Source of the DNA: Spirochaetia bacterium
Lineage (GTDB): Bacteria > Spirochaetota > Spirochaetia > DSM-2461
DNA length: 64,000 nt
Direction of reading: 5' to 3'
Assembly (NCBI GenBank): GCA_963668315.1
Contig: OY764216.1
Span: 2,976,001 to 3,040,000, forward strand
Below the pieces are notes generated by a model. The model was not told where the DNA came from, searched no databases, and worked only from the letters and a program-made list of their open reading frames with translations. The position numbers and the translations under genes were made by a program. Within the stretch, counting starts at the first letter, position 1, and every line of letters begins with the position of its first letter. Positions 26,983-37,281 of the stretch are shown piece after piece.

Positions 26983-27615
26983 TCAGTAACGCGGGAAAGC
27001 CGATGCGGTTCCCATCATCTTTAAAATAAAATCTTCTCCCCTGCTTTCGGCGCTGAACCAGCACTGGGTAAGATCATCCGCTGCCAGGGGGGTAACCAGA
27101 ATTCCTCTTCCCGACAACTGCCTGAGAAGCTGATTGGGCACTTCCTCCCTGGGGTTAAGGCAGAGAATGAAATCAAAGGGGGCCATGGATATCCAGCTGT
27201 TCAGGTTGTTCAATTCCTTTTTCAGACTGTAAGCCGAAGAAGTTCTGCCGTTCGGATCAATAAGGAACACTTCCATTCCAGCCCTTGAGAGAGCCGTGGC
27301 GCAATAGGAGCCTTCTTCACCCACGATTAATACCCGGAAATCCTCCTGAAGTCCCGCCTTGGAAAGAAGGGTTATCAGAGTGGAGGGTGACAGGGCGGAC
27401 ACACCCTTGCGGAGGGGAATGTCCACGGGAATATCAGCCATATCCTTGAACCGTTCGGGGAGAAATGGCGATCTGTCCGTCAGAGAGAAGCCCTGGATGA
27501 GAAAATTATCCCTGTCCAGCCCGGTGATTTCTTCCATTTTTTCAGCGAAATCATCCGTCTGTCCGTAGAGGGCCGATAGGGATAATGCCAGAAACAGGAT
27601 AAGAAAGGATCTCAT
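26983..27615 (-). CDS. Degenerate protein-L-isoaspartate O-methyltransferase-like exported protein
   Basis: DRSPFLP, SPS, RVLIVG, APFD.I, VP..LL.QL...G.LV.P match the Pcm layout; signal peptide. Confidence 0.6.
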   Translation of the reverse strand: MRSFLILFLALSLSALYGQTDDFAEKMEEITGLDRDNFLIQGFSLTDRSPFLPERFKDMADIPVDIPLRKGVSALSPSTLITLLSKAGLQEDFRVLIVGEEGSYCATALSRAGMEVFLIDPNGRTSSAYSLKKELNNLNSWISMAPFDFILCLNPREEVPNQLLRQLSGRGILVTPLAADDLTQCWFSAESRGEDFILKMMGTASAFPRY

Positions 27616-27617
27616 TT

Positions 27618-28463
27618 CTATTCCAGGGTAAAAAGAAAGGCGTCTTCCCCGTCATAACGGGAGGTGGCCTTAAGTTCATTATAATCGTTCTGAAGGGTGG
27701 AGTATCCTTCGAAAACATATCCTCCGATGGAACCGGTAAGAGATACGGTGAGTCCCAGATCGGCCTGGCTTTCGGGGAGCCGTGAGGGAAGGGCGCCGGA
27801 ATAATACTCCCTGGTATAGGGGAGTTCATTGGCTTTTATGTCGATCCAAAGATCCACGGGAGGGACGATGGAATCCCATGCCTCATTATAAGTATCCCGG
27901 CATATGGTCAGAAAAAATGTTTTTCCCCGTATGGTAAAGGGTACGGCGTTGTCTATGTCGCCCCGGTCAAGGCCGACGGCATTTATCTCTATATCACCCA
28001 GAAAAACTTTGTCCTGCGTATGGTAAAGGGCGCCTTCGGGACCGTAAATCAGGGCCCTGTTGTAGATTTTATCCCCTTCCACGGCGTAGTAGGTGCCTGC
28101 CAGGATGTACTTCCCGTATTTCCTGGCCAGACGGCCCCATTCCCTGTCAAGGAACTCCCGCACTTTGGGTTCGGTCCGGGTTATCTCTTCCCTGCTGAGG
28201 CTGTTGATAAAAAGATAGCCTGCATAAACAGAGGTGTATTCGGGAAAGATGATGAAATCCGCCTCATCGAGGCGGATGATCTTATCCTCAATGGCCTGGC
28301 GGAACGCTTCACCCGACGAGTATATCTGGGGAGAAACCTCAAATTGGACCGCTCCGATAACCAGGGGATCCTTTTCCAGATCCCCCGTAGCCATGGAGAA
28401 AAGGGAAGTCAGCCGGAAGAGCAGCACTCCCCCTATGAAGAACACGTACCTAGGAAAGGGCAA
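27618..28463 (-). CDS. Carbon-nitrogen hydrolase (nitrilase superfamily); start uncertain
   Basis: Triad motifs FPEY, QDKVF, ICRD; IYNRA. Confidence 0.8.
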   Translation of the reverse strand: MPFPRYVFFIGGVLLFRLTSLFSMATGDLEKDPLVIGAVQFEVSPQIYSSGEAFRQAIEDKIIRLDEADFIIFPEYTSVYAGYLFINSLSREEITRTEPKVREFLDREWGRLARKYGKYILAGTYYAVEGDKIYNRALIYGPEGALYHTQDKVFLGDIEINAVGLDRGDIDNAVPFTIRGKTFFLTICRDTYNEAWDSIVPPVDLWIDIKANELPYTREYYSGALPSRLPESQADLGLTVSLTGSIGGYVFEGYSTLQNDYNELKATSRYDGEDAFLFTLE

Positions 28464-29676
28464 GTTTGATTTTCTCCATAGCCTTGATGACCTTATCACG
28501 GTCGTTGAAGGCGCTTATGCGAAAGTAACCTTCCCCGCATTTTCCGAAACCGCTGCCCGGAGTAATGACAACGCCGGCCTTGCTGAGCAGAAGATCAAAG
28601 GCTTCCCAGGAGTCCATGCCGCTGTTGACCCAGATATAGGGAGAGTTGATTCCTCCCACGCAGCTGTAACCCAGGGATTCCATTCCTTCCCGGATAATCT
28701 TGGCATTTTCCAGGTAGTAATCGGTCAGTTCCTTAACCTGGGCTTTTCCCTCTTCGGAATAAACGGCGGCGGCCGCTTTCTGAACGGGATAGGAGGTTCC
28801 GTTGAATTTCGTTGTATGCCGTCTGTTCCACAGGGGTTTCAGAGCACGGGCATTACCTTTTTTATCGTAAACGGTACAGTCATCGGTGAGAACGATGTAG
28901 CCGCAGCGGGTACCGGTAAAACCGGCGTTCTTGGAAAAGCTCCGGAATTCCACGGCACATTTGCGGGCGCCTTCGATCTCAAAGATGGAATGGGGCAGAG
29001 AGTCGTCCCGGATAAAGGAAACATAGGCGGCATCGAAAAGGATGAGAGCCTTGTTGGCCAGGGCCCAGTCCACCCAGCTTTTCAACTGTTCCTTCGTCGC
29101 GTTGGCTCCGGTGGGGTTATTGGGGAAGCAGAGGTAGACAAGATCGGCTTTCAGATCGTCGGAAGGAAGGGGAACAAAACCGTTCTCTTCGGTGCTTTCC
29201 AGGTAAACGAGGCCTTCGTACCGGCCGTCCTCCGATTGACCTGTTCTTCCCGCCATGACATTGGTGTCCACGTATACGGGATATACCGGATCGGGAACGG
29301 CAACGACGGCATCGGCGGCAAAGAGCTCCTGGAAATTACCCGTATCGCATTTGGCGCCGTCGCTTACGAAAACGTCTCCGGCAGCAATATCGCAGCCGCG
29401 GCTGGCAAAATCCCCTTCGGCAATAGCTTTTCTCAGGAATTCGTACCCCTGTTCAGGACCGTAACCCTTGAATGTGTCGCTTTTAGCCATATCGTCCACG
29501 CCTTCATGGAACGCTTTAATGACGGCGGCAGGAAGGGGGCGCGTTACATCACCGATTCCCAGTTTGATCAGCTCCCGTTCCGGATTCTCTTCCTGGAACT
29601 GGGCTACCTTCTTGGCAATATTGCTGAACAGGTAGGATGCCTGCAGCTTGTCGTAATTTTCGTTAACTCTAATCAT
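28450..29676 (-). CDS. dapL: LL-diaminopimelate aminotransferase
   Basis: SYLF, LGIGDVT, GYGPEQG, SDGAKCD, PNNPTG, SFSKNAGFTGTRC. Confidence 0.95.
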   Translation of the reverse strand: MIRVNENYDKLQASYLFSNIAKKVAQFQEENPERELIKLGIGDVTRPLPAAVIKAFHEGVDDMAKSDTFKGYGPEQGYEFLRKAIAEGDFASRGCDIAAGDVFVSDGAKCDTGNFQELFAADAVVAVPDPVYPVYVDTNVMAGRTGQSEDGRYEGLVYLESTEENGFVPLPSDDLKADLVYLCFPNNPTGANATKEQLKSWVDWALANKALILFDAAYVSFIRDDSLPHSIFEIEGARKCAVEFRSFSKNAGFTGTRCGYIVLTDDCTVYDKKGNARALKPLWNRRHTTKFNGTSYPVQKAAAAVYSEEGKAQVKELTDYYLENAKIIREGMESLGYSCVGGINSPYIWVNSGMDSWEAFDLLLSKAGVVITPGSGFGKCGEGYFRISAFNDRDKVIKAMEKIKLALS

Positions 29677-29919
29677 AGTAAGGGTATTTTAGTGAAATAT
29701 AAAAATCCTGACAAGTAGTTGATTCCAGTCCATTACAAAACTGTAACTTCACAAGATTTTCAATCTTTGTTATTCTGAAAAACCGAAAATAACATACAGA
29801 AAAGCCGGTATATTTTTATTCCGCCTATGGAAAAATTCAGGGGCTTTTACATGGATGCCTGACGTTTCAGGAATGGCATCGGAAAGCTCCGGCCGGCCGC
29901 TAACTGCTGAGAGGTCAAT

Positions 29920-30903
29920 ATGGAACGCTTGAATGAGACCGAACTGTCAAGGCACAGCGAAATTCTCGGAAAAATCAAAAGTGAAATGGAGAAAGTTATT
30001 GTCGGTCAGGAAGAGCTGATCGAACGGCTTCTCATTTCCCTCGTCTGTAATCAGCATGTGCTGATTGAAGGGGTGCCGGGGCTGGCCAAGACTCTAACCG
30101 TCAATACTCTGGCCGGTGTGATTTCCGGTGATTTCAAAAGGGTGCAGTTCACTCCCGATCTGCTGCCGGCCGATCTGCTCGGAACGCTGATCTTTAATCC
30201 CCGGGAAGGAGACTTCACCACAAAGAAGGGCCCCCTTTTCGCCAATATTATCCTGGCCGATGAGATCAACCGTGCTCCCGCCAAGGTACAGAGCGCTCTG
30301 CTTGAAGCCATGCAGGAGAGGCAGATCACCATCGGGGACAGTACTTTCCCTCTGCCCGATCCCTTCATGGTCATGGCCACTCAGAACCCGATAGAGCAGG
30401 AGGGGACCTATCCCCTGCCCGAAGCCCAGGTTGACCGGTTCATGATGAAAGTGAAAGTCGGGTATCCCAAAAGGGATGAGGAACTGGCCATCCTCAGAGC
30501 CCAGGGGAAGAACCGGGTGGACAACTCGGTGAATGCGATTATCAGGCCGGAGGATATTCTGATCCTGAGAGATGCCCTCGACCGTGTCTATCTCGACAGC
30601 CGTGTGGAGGAGTATATCGTCGACCTGGTACAGGCCACGCGGGATCCCGCCTCCTACGGCATGGAGGAGCTGACCGATCTTATCCGCTGCGGCGCCTCTC
30701 CCCGTGCCGCCATCTATCTGACTCTGGCCGCCCGGGGATATGCCCTTGTGAACGGCCGCTCCTACGTGACCCCTCAGGATGTGAAATCCATCGGTATGGA
30801 TGTTCTCCGTCACAGGGTCATCATCAGCTACGAGGCCGAGGCGGAAGAGAAGTCCTCCGAGGAGATCGTCGCCTCTATTTTTGACCATCTGGAGGTTCCT
30901 TAA
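29920..30903 (+). CDS. moxR: MoxR AAA+ ATPase
   Basis: EGVPGLAKT, QFTPDLLP, ADEINRAPAKVQSALL, YPLPEAQVDRF. Confidence 0.95.
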   Translation: MERLNETELSRHSEILGKIKSEMEKVIVGQEELIERLLISLVCNQHVLIEGVPGLAKTLTVNTLAGVISGDFKRVQFTPDLLPADLLGTLIFNPREGDFTTKKGPLFANIILADEINRAPAKVQSALLEAMQERQITIGDSTFPLPDPFMVMATQNPIEQEGTYPLPEAQVDRFMMKVKVGYPKRDEELAILRAQGKNRVDNSVNAIIRPEDILILRDALDRVYLDSRVEEYIVDLVQATRDPASYGMEELTDLIRCGASPRAAIYLTLAARGYALVNGRSYVTPQDVKSIGMDVLRHRVIISYEAEAEEKSSEEIVASIFDHLEVP

Positions 30904-30918
30904 GGGGGGGAGTCCGGA

Positions 30919-31797
30919 ATGGAACGAGAACTAATCAAAAAACTCCGCCGCATTGAGATCGTTACCGGACGGCGGGTAAACTCCACCTTCGCCGGAGAGT
31001 ATCAGAGCGCCTTCAAGGGAAAGGGAATGGAGTTCGAAGAGGTGCGCCTCTACCAGCCGGGGGACGATATCCGCGACATAGACTGGAACGTGACCGCCCG
31101 ATCGGGCGAGCCCCATATAAAGCGCTTCCGCGAGGAGAGGGAACTGACCGTTTACCTCCTGGTGGACTTTTCCGAATCGGGCCTGTTCGGTTCGACGGGA
31201 AAGGCGAAAAGGGAGACCGCCGCCGAACTGGCCGCCGTACTCGCCTTTTCCGCCATAAGAAATAATGACAGGGTGGGGCTTATCGGCTATACCGACAGAG
31301 TCGAGCTTTTCGTTCCCGCCGCCAAAGGCTCCCGCCATGCCCTGCGAATCATCAGGGATGTTCTGGGGCATAAGCCCGAAGGACGGGGTACCTCCCTTAA
31401 CTGCGCTCTGGAATATCTGGGCAAGGTCCAGCAGAAAACGGCTGTGGTCTTCATGATTTCCGACTTCTACGACAGTCATTACGAAAAGAGGCTCTCCCCC
31501 CTGGCTCTGAAGCATGACATGACCGCCATGGTTCTGACGGACAGGAGAGAACGGGAACTGCCCCGGGCGGGTCTGATCTCCCTTATCGAGAGAGAGACCG
31601 GGCGCCGCCGCATCGTGGACAGCGGGTCGGAAAAGGTTCGGCGCCAGTGGGCCGCTCAAAGCAGGGAGCGTCTGGATAAACTGACCCGTACCATGGCCGG
31701 CAAGGGGATCCCTCTGGTCGATCTGGATAGCTCGGGAGACTGGATAAAGGACCTGAGCCTCTATTTCCTGAAAAAACAAAACGGAGCTGTGGAATGA
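30919..31797 (+). CDS. DUF58 family protein
   Basis: GMEFEEVR.YQPGDD.R.IDWNVTAR, EEREL, ISDF. Confidence 0.92.
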   Translation: MERELIKKLRRIEIVTGRRVNSTFAGEYQSAFKGKGMEFEEVRLYQPGDDIRDIDWNVTARSGEPHIKRFREERELTVYLLVDFSESGLFGSTGKAKRETAAELAAVLAFSAIRNNDRVGLIGYTDRVELFVPAAKGSRHALRIIRDVLGHKPEGRGTSLNCALEYLGKVQQKTAVVFMISDFYDSHYEKRLSPLALKHDMTAMVLTDRRERELPRAGLISLIERETGRRRIVDSGSEKVRRQWAAQSRERLDKLTRTMAGKGIPLVDLDSSGDWIKDLSLYFLKKQNGAVE

Positions 31798-32720
31798 GAA
31801 AAATATTCCTTGTTTTGACCGTTCTCTCCCTTTTCTCCTGTTCCGGGCATGATACTTCTCTGAATCAGAAAATACGGGGAGAGGGGAACAGAAGTCTTTC
31901 CCTGAGCGCCGGGCCGGAAGAAGTCTGGGTGGGTGTTCCCTTCACCGTGGAACTGCGCATGAAAGGCGAGAAGGACGATGATGTACTTTTCCCCGCAATA
32001 GAACAGGATTTTCTCCCCGAAGGACTCCAGCTGCGGGAGTGCCGGGTCGACGATAATCTGCTTACCCTGACTGTCGCCGCGGAAAAATCCGGCGCCTATG
32101 CCATCCCCCCCCTGAATGTTCTGTTTGACAACGGCAGCGGCGGGGTGGAACTGCTCACCCGTCCCGTGGAATTCGAAGTGGTTTCCCTGGCCGGAGAGGG
32201 TCAGGAGGAGATGGCCGATATAACCCCGGCTCTTTCTATCGGATTTCTGACACGGGGACAGATCGCCCTTGCCGCGGGACTGATTATCCTGATGGGCCTG
32301 TTTCTGTTCTGGCTTCTCTACTGGCGCAGGAGGGTGAAAGTTATCCCCCCCGAACCAGTCTGGACTATCCTGGAGAGAGAGATCGGCCTGTTGCAGAGTG
32401 ACGCTTCCCTTCTTGAAGGGGAGGGGGACGAGTTCTATGACCGTTCCGTTTCTCTGGTGAAGAAAGCCCTGGACGGGGTTTACGGAGAAAAAACCGGGGA
32501 GAGAACCCGGGAGGAGTTTATGGCAGATCTGCTCCATTCCTCCCGTTACGAGGGAGATCTCAAAGCCTGGTTTGTCGCCTTTTTTGAAAGGGCCGATATG
32601 GTCCGATTCGCCAGAACGGGCTTTTCCCGCGATACGGCGCTGAGAGATCTGGACGAAGCAGTCCGCTTTGCGCACCGGGCCGCCGAACAGGCCCGAGGCG
32701 AAGGGGAGGGGAAATCATGA
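31794..32720 (+). CDS. Bat-operon membrane/lipoprotein (BatD-like domain)
   Basis: Lipobox LFSC, Ig-like region, TM, ERTREE and ADMVRFA motifs; position in operon. Confidence 0.65.
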   Translation: MRKIFLVLTVLSLFSCSGHDTSLNQKIRGEGNRSLSLSAGPEEVWVGVPFTVELRMKGEKDDDVLFPAIEQDFLPEGLQLRECRVDDNLLTLTVAAEKSGAYAIPPLNVLFDNGSGGVELLTRPVEFEVVSLAGEGQEEMADITPALSIGFLTRGQIALAAGLIILMGLFLFWLLYWRRRVKVIPPEPVWTILEREIGLLQSDASLLEGEGDEFYDRSVSLVKKALDGVYGEKTGERTREEFMADLLHSSRYEGDLKAWFVAFFERADMVRFARTGFSRDTALRDLDEAVRFAHRAAEQARGEGEGKS

Positions 32721-33697
32721 TTTTCCATTCACCCCAGGCCTTCCTTTTGCTTCTGCTGATTCCCCTCCTTGTCTATCTCAAACTGAAAAGTTCCGGAAGG
32801 GGATATGCCTTTCCCTCCTTTGACATGCTGTCGGGAGAAAGAAAAACGTGGCGCGAAAGATTGGTTTACCTTCCCGAGGTTTTCCTGCTTCTCGCCCTGT
32901 TTTTCTTCATCATAGCCCTGGCCCGTCCCCAGAGGGGATTTTCCGAAGAGAGGCAGGTCACGAACGGAATCGCCGTCGAAATGGTGGTTGACCGTTCGGG
33001 CAGTATGGGGGCCCAGGTGGATAACAGCCGGAACCGGCTGGACGTGGTCAAGGATATCTTCAAGGAGTTCGTGGGCGGCCGGCCCGACGATATGATCGGC
33101 CTGATCTCCTTCGCCCGTTATGCCGATACCCATGCTCCCCTGACTCTGGCCCACGATGTCCTGCCGAAATTCATCGATACCATTTCCCTTGTTACCGAGG
33201 AGTCGGAAGACGGGACGGCTATCGGTGACGCCCTGGCCCTCGGTGCGGCCCGGCTTCATACGGCGCGCGAGGAGGAGGGGTACGATATCAAGAGCCGCAT
33301 CATCATCCTGCTGACGGACGGAGTGAACAATACAGGGCGGAGGACGCCGGAGGAAGCGGCGGAACTGGCCGCCGGATGGGGCATCAAGGTGTATACCATC
33401 GGATTCAGCCAGCCCACCGTGATCGGTCAGCTGCTGGGAACGGGGCGGTTTAATGTGGATGAGGCGTCCTTGAAGAATATCGCTGAGAAGACGGGGGGGC
33501 AATACTTCCGCGCCGGCGATGAAAAAAGTCTGGGAGACGTTATCGGCGAGATAGACAAACTGGAAAAATCAGAAGTGGAAGCCTATTCCTACCGGCAGTA
33601 TCGGGAAGTTTTTCTTCCTTTTGCTCTGACCGGTCTGATCTTTCTCATTCTTTACGGCGTTCTTTCCGCCACACTGTTCAGGAGACTGGAAGTATGA
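32717..33697 (+). CDS. batA: VWA domain protein BatA
   Basis: IALARPQ, MIDAS DRSGSM, GTAIGDAL, LTDG.NN. Confidence 0.88.
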   Translation: MIFHSPQAFLLLLLIPLLVYLKLKSSGRGYAFPSFDMLSGERKTWRERLVYLPEVFLLLALFFFIIALARPQRGFSEERQVTNGIAVEMVVDRSGSMGAQVDNSRNRLDVVKDIFKEFVGGRPDDMIGLISFARYADTHAPLTLAHDVLPKFIDTISLVTEESEDGTAIGDALALGAARLHTAREEEGYDIKSRIIILLTDGVNNTGRRTPEEAAELAAGWGIKVYTIGFSQPTVIGQLLGTGRFNVDEASLKNIAEKTGGQYFRAGDEKSLGDVIGEIDKLEKSEVEAYSYRQYREVFLPFALTGLIFLILYGVLSATLFRRLEV

Positions 33698-35541
33698 TTT
33701 TTTTAAAAAACCAGTCCCTCATGCCCCTTATCTGGCTGCTTTTGGGACTTATCCCCCTTCTGGTGGGAGAATATTATCTGCGACGGAGACAGGAGCGGCA
33801 GTTCCTGGAGGGCCGATCGGACAATGTACTTCTGAGAAGGGACCAGATCAAGCGTTCCCTCTATCTTTTTCTGGCCTGTCTTTTCGCTCTGGCCGCCATA
33901 CTCAGGCCTTCCTGGAATCCCACTGTGAGAATTGTGGAGAGTAAAGGGCGCGATGTCGTATTCCTTCTGGATGTGAGCCGGAGCATGACGGCTTCGGATG
34001 TGGCTCCTTCCCGTCTGGAGAGGGCCAAGCTGGAGATTTCCGAGACGGCTCAGGCCATCGAGGGCGACCGGGTGGCTCTGGTGGCCTTTGCCGGAAACAG
34101 CGTGGTGAAATGTCCCCTCACAACGGATTACGGATTTTTCTCCCTAGCTTTGGAGGATATCTCCGTTAACAGCGTTTCCCGGGGCGGTTCGCAGCTGGGC
34201 GATGCCCTGCGCATGGTGGACAGTCAGGTTTTTGACGACCAGACCAGGGAAGAGAGGGATATTATCCTTATCACCGACGGGGAAGATCAGGAATCCTTTC
34301 CCGTGGAAGCGGCCCGAAGTCTGGGAGAGCAGGGCATCAGGCTGATTATTATCGGCCTGGGTGATGATGTCCAGGGTGCCCGTGTTGTTGACGGGGAAGG
34401 GCAGTACCTGACCTATGAGGGACAGGAAGTCTGGTCCCGCATGGACGGGGAAATCCTCAGGCAGATGGCCGCCGCCACGCCGGGGGGGACCTATGTTCCG
34501 GCGGGAGTGGCGAACTTTTCCCTTCCCCGCATCTACCGCAGCCTGGTCGGGAACAGCGCCAAAGAGAGTACCGGAGAGGAAGAGAGCCTCGTTTATGAGG
34601 AAAAGTATCAGTTTTTTCTGGCCCTGGCCGTTATTTTCCTCCTTTTGGAGGCTCTGCGAATTATCGGTCCTGTGGATTGGCGCAGGGACATTTTCGGTAA
34701 ACTGGCCCGGAAGAGTACGGCCCTTTCTCCTTCTCTCCTGTTTTTTATTCCCCTCCTGGGTTTGATGTTCTCCTTTCCTCTTCACGGAGAGGGACGGGCC
34801 GATCTTTTCAGCCGGGGGGAAGAGGCATTCAGTACGGGAGACTGGGACTCCTTCAACAGTGTCTATGACAAATTGAAGGAGAAGGGGGCTTCGGAAGGGA
34901 AAATCGCCTATAATCAGGGGCGGTCTCTCTACCGGCAGGGCGATTACACCGGGGCGGCCGGTGCCTTCGGGGACGCCGCCTCCCGGCTTGACAGGAAAAA
35001 GGCTTCCCGGGCCTTGTTCAACCGGGGAAATGCCCTGATGAAAGGAGCCGAAGCCGATCCTTCCGGGGCGGCGCAGATGACATCCCAGGCCCGTGAGGCC
35101 TATGAGCGGGCCCTGGAACTGGATCCGGGATTCGAGGATGCCGCCCGGAATCTGGAGCTGCTTCTGAAAAACCAGGAGAACAACCCCCCGAATCAGCAGG
35201 GTGATTCGGATCAATCCGATGGCAAGGGAAATGATCAGAGCGGTGACGGTCAGCAGGGGGATCAGGGCAATCCGCAGGATCAGAGTGCTTCACAGAATCC
35301 CTCCGGTTCCCAGGACCCGCAGAATGCTTCTTCCTCCCGTGATAACGGGAATAGCAGTGACGATCAGACTCAGGGAAGCCCATCCCCCGATCAGCAGGCC
35401 GGCGGGGACAAGGGGGGCGGACAGGACTCCGAGGACGATCTGGCCCAGCAGATTCTTGATCAGGAGCAGGAGGACAGGGATGACCGCGATTCTACCCTCA
35501 CCGTATCGGGAGGGATATATGATGTTGATAAGGACTGGTAA
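33694..35541 (+). CDS. BatB-BatC fusion (VWA, TPR, low-complexity tail ending KDW)
   Basis: DVSRSM, PSRLERAK, PLTTDY, ITDGED; TPR YNQG, FNRGN, DAARNLE; Q/D/S-rich tail; terminal DKDW. Confidence 0.82.
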   Translation: MIFLKNQSLMPLIWLLLGLIPLLVGEYYLRRRQERQFLEGRSDNVLLRRDQIKRSLYLFLACLFALAAILRPSWNPTVRIVESKGRDVVFLLDVSRSMTASDVAPSRLERAKLEISETAQAIEGDRVALVAFAGNSVVKCPLTTDYGFFSLALEDISVNSVSRGGSQLGDALRMVDSQVFDDQTREERDIILITDGEDQESFPVEAARSLGEQGIRLIIIGLGDDVQGARVVDGEGQYLTYEGQEVWSRMDGEILRQMAAATPGGTYVPAGVANFSLPRIYRSLVGNSAKESTGEEESLVYEEKYQFFLALAVIFLLLEALRIIGPVDWRRDIFGKLARKSTALSPSLLFFIPLLGLMFSFPLHGEGRADLFSRGEEAFSTGDWDSFNSVYDKLKEKGASEGKIAYNQGRSLYRQGDYTGAAGAFGDAASRLDRKKASRALFNRGNALMKGAEADPSGAAQMTSQAREAYERALELDPGFEDAARNLELLLKNQENNPPNQQGDSDQSDGKGNDQSGDGQQGDQGNPQDQSASQNPSGSQDPQNASSSRDNGNSSDDQTQGSPSPDQQAGGDKGGGQDSEDDLAQQILDQEQEDRDDRDSTLTVSGGIYDVDKDW

Positions 35542-37281
35542 ATGAGACGTTTTCATAAAAAAGCATATCTGCCTGCTCTCCTGTGGGTTGTACTGACCTT
35601 TCTCCTCTCGGCGCAGGACGTCAGAGTATCCATCAGCAGCAAGGAAGGATATGTCGGTCTTCCCCTTGATTATACTATTACCATCACCGACACGAAAAAA
35701 GCCGATGTCCCCCAGCTTGAGGGGTTTGACGGATTTGACATCGAATTCAAGGGACAGACCCAGTCCACCCAGGCCTTCAACTTTAACGGACAGAGATCCA
35801 CCTCGATAACGGTGATGTTCAGCTGGGAACTGACGCCCCTGAGGGAAGGGACGCTGACGATACCCTCCATTCCGGTAAAACTGGAAAATCAGGTCTATCA
35901 AACCCCGGAGGGGCAAATTTCCGTTGTCCCTCCCCGGGAAGTGGAGGGGTACCGCCTGGTCCTAGAGGCGGAACAGGAGAAGGTCATCGTGGGACAGCCG
36001 GTAACGGTGAACATGGACTTTTACGTCTCTTCGGAAGTGGGAAATCTGAAATTTACCCTGCCCGGTGGGAAGCAGGGGAGCAGGGAGGGTGTGGATTTTA
36101 CCATACTGGACAGTGAAATCCCCGATCAGAACTCCCACAATATCAGACAGATTCCCGTGGGAGACCGGGTCTTCTACGGCTATGTAGGCTCCCGTATGGA
36201 AGGAGGATCCCAGTATACCGTCCTGACCGTTCCTCTGGAGATAGTCCCCCTTCGCTCGGGAGAAATCGTCCTGGATAACGCCGCTGTCGCCTTCACCTCC
36301 CAGAGAGGCTCCTGGCCCCGCACCGTTTCGGAAGATCATGTCATCCCCTCCCGGGAGTGCAGACTGGCCGTGGGGAAACTGCCGGCCGAGATTGAAAACA
36401 GCGCCAACGGCATACTTCTGTCCCGGGGTGAGCTGAAGGCGGATGTAACCTTATCATCGCAGGAAGCCCGGCCGGGTGATCCTCTCACCCTCCGGATTGT
36501 TCTTTCTCCCCTTGATCATCCTGAGCTGTGTGAAATTCCCCCCCTGGCGGAGTTTACCGGTATAGAGAGTCATTTTTCCCTGCCCAAGGACAGGAGCCGG
36601 CCGAAGGCCGAGGGGGACAGTCTGATTATAACCCAGACAGTCAGGCCCGTCAGCGTGGCGGTAAGGGAGATCCCCTCCCTGGATTTTGTCTATTATGATC
36701 TGGATGAGGAAAGGGTAAAGCATCTTCAGACCGAGCCTATCCCCCTGGTCATGAGTTCCGCCGGAGACCTGTCCATGACCGATGTGGAGAGCTTTCAGAA
36801 CTCCTCGGGCGGTGCAGCGGAACTGAGGGAGAATGACAGGGGAATACGGCAGAACAAATCCCTGGACAGGCTGTCCGCCGGAGACAGGCGGGGAACCTCA
36901 TTCATGGCATCCGTACCCTATCGTCTTACGTTCTTTATCCCTCCCTTCCTTTTTTGTCTCTATCTTATGATTCTGCTTGCCCTTCATATTTTCACAAGGA
37001 GTCGGGAGAAGGCAAACAGCAACTCCCTGAGGCAACTGAAAAAATCCCTGGCCGCGGGAGAGGATTCCCTTATCGCCTATGAACGCTATATCAGACATCG
37101 CCTTTTCGGAGGCAGATCTTTCAAAAGGGGCGAACTGAAGGAGAAAGCGGAGGCCCTGGTACTGGAGAATCTGGAAGATGTCTATCTCCGCCTTGAGCAG
37201 GGCCGTTTCGGAGGGGGGACCGATACCGTGGGACATGAAGAGATTATCGATACCGCAGAGAGACTGGAGAAGAAATTATGA
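35542..37281 (+). CDS. batD: BatD family protein
   Basis: Signal peptide, repeated Ig-like modules (G.LTIP, IPSL.F.YYD), C-terminal TM. Confidence 0.75.
   Translation: MRRFHKKAYLPALLWVVLTFLLSAQDVRVSISSKEGYVGLPLDYTITITDTKKADVPQLEGFDGFDIEFKGQTQSTQAFNFNGQRSTSITVMFSWELTPLREGTLTIPSIPVKLENQVYQTPEGQISVVPPREVEGYRLVLEAEQEKVIVGQPVTVNMDFYVSSEVGNLKFTLPGGKQGSREGVDFTILDSEIPDQNSHNIRQIPVGDRVFYGYVGSRMEGGSQYTVLTVPLEIVPLRSGEIVLDNAAVAFTSQRGSWPRTVSEDHVIPSRECRLAVGKLPAEIENSANGILLSRGELKADVTLSSQEARPGDPLTLRIVLSPLDHPELCEIPPLAEFTGIESHFSLPKDRSRPKAEGDSLIITQTVRPVSVAVREIPSLDFVYYDLDEERVKHLQTEPIPLVMSSAGDLSMTDVESFQNSSGGAAELRENDRGIRQNKSLDRLSAGDRRGTSFMASVPYRLTFFIPPFLFCLYLMILLALHIFTRSREKANSNSLRQLKKSLAAGEDSLIAYERYIRHRLFGGRSFKRGELKEKAEALVLENLEDVYLRLEQGRFGGGTDTVGHEEIIDTAERLEKKL

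Noticed and set aside
29677..29919. Lysine riboswitch at dapL, or structured RNA before moxR (GATGCC...GGCATC hairpin near 29854-29880)
   Set aside because: The dapL promoter is immediately at the start, leaving no room; the hairpin matches no riboswitch consensus I can support
35170..35480. Apparent tandem repeats or CRISPR-like periodicity (GATCAG units)
   Set aside because: Coding low-complexity Asp-Gln linker; no constant repeat-spacer structure, no cas genes
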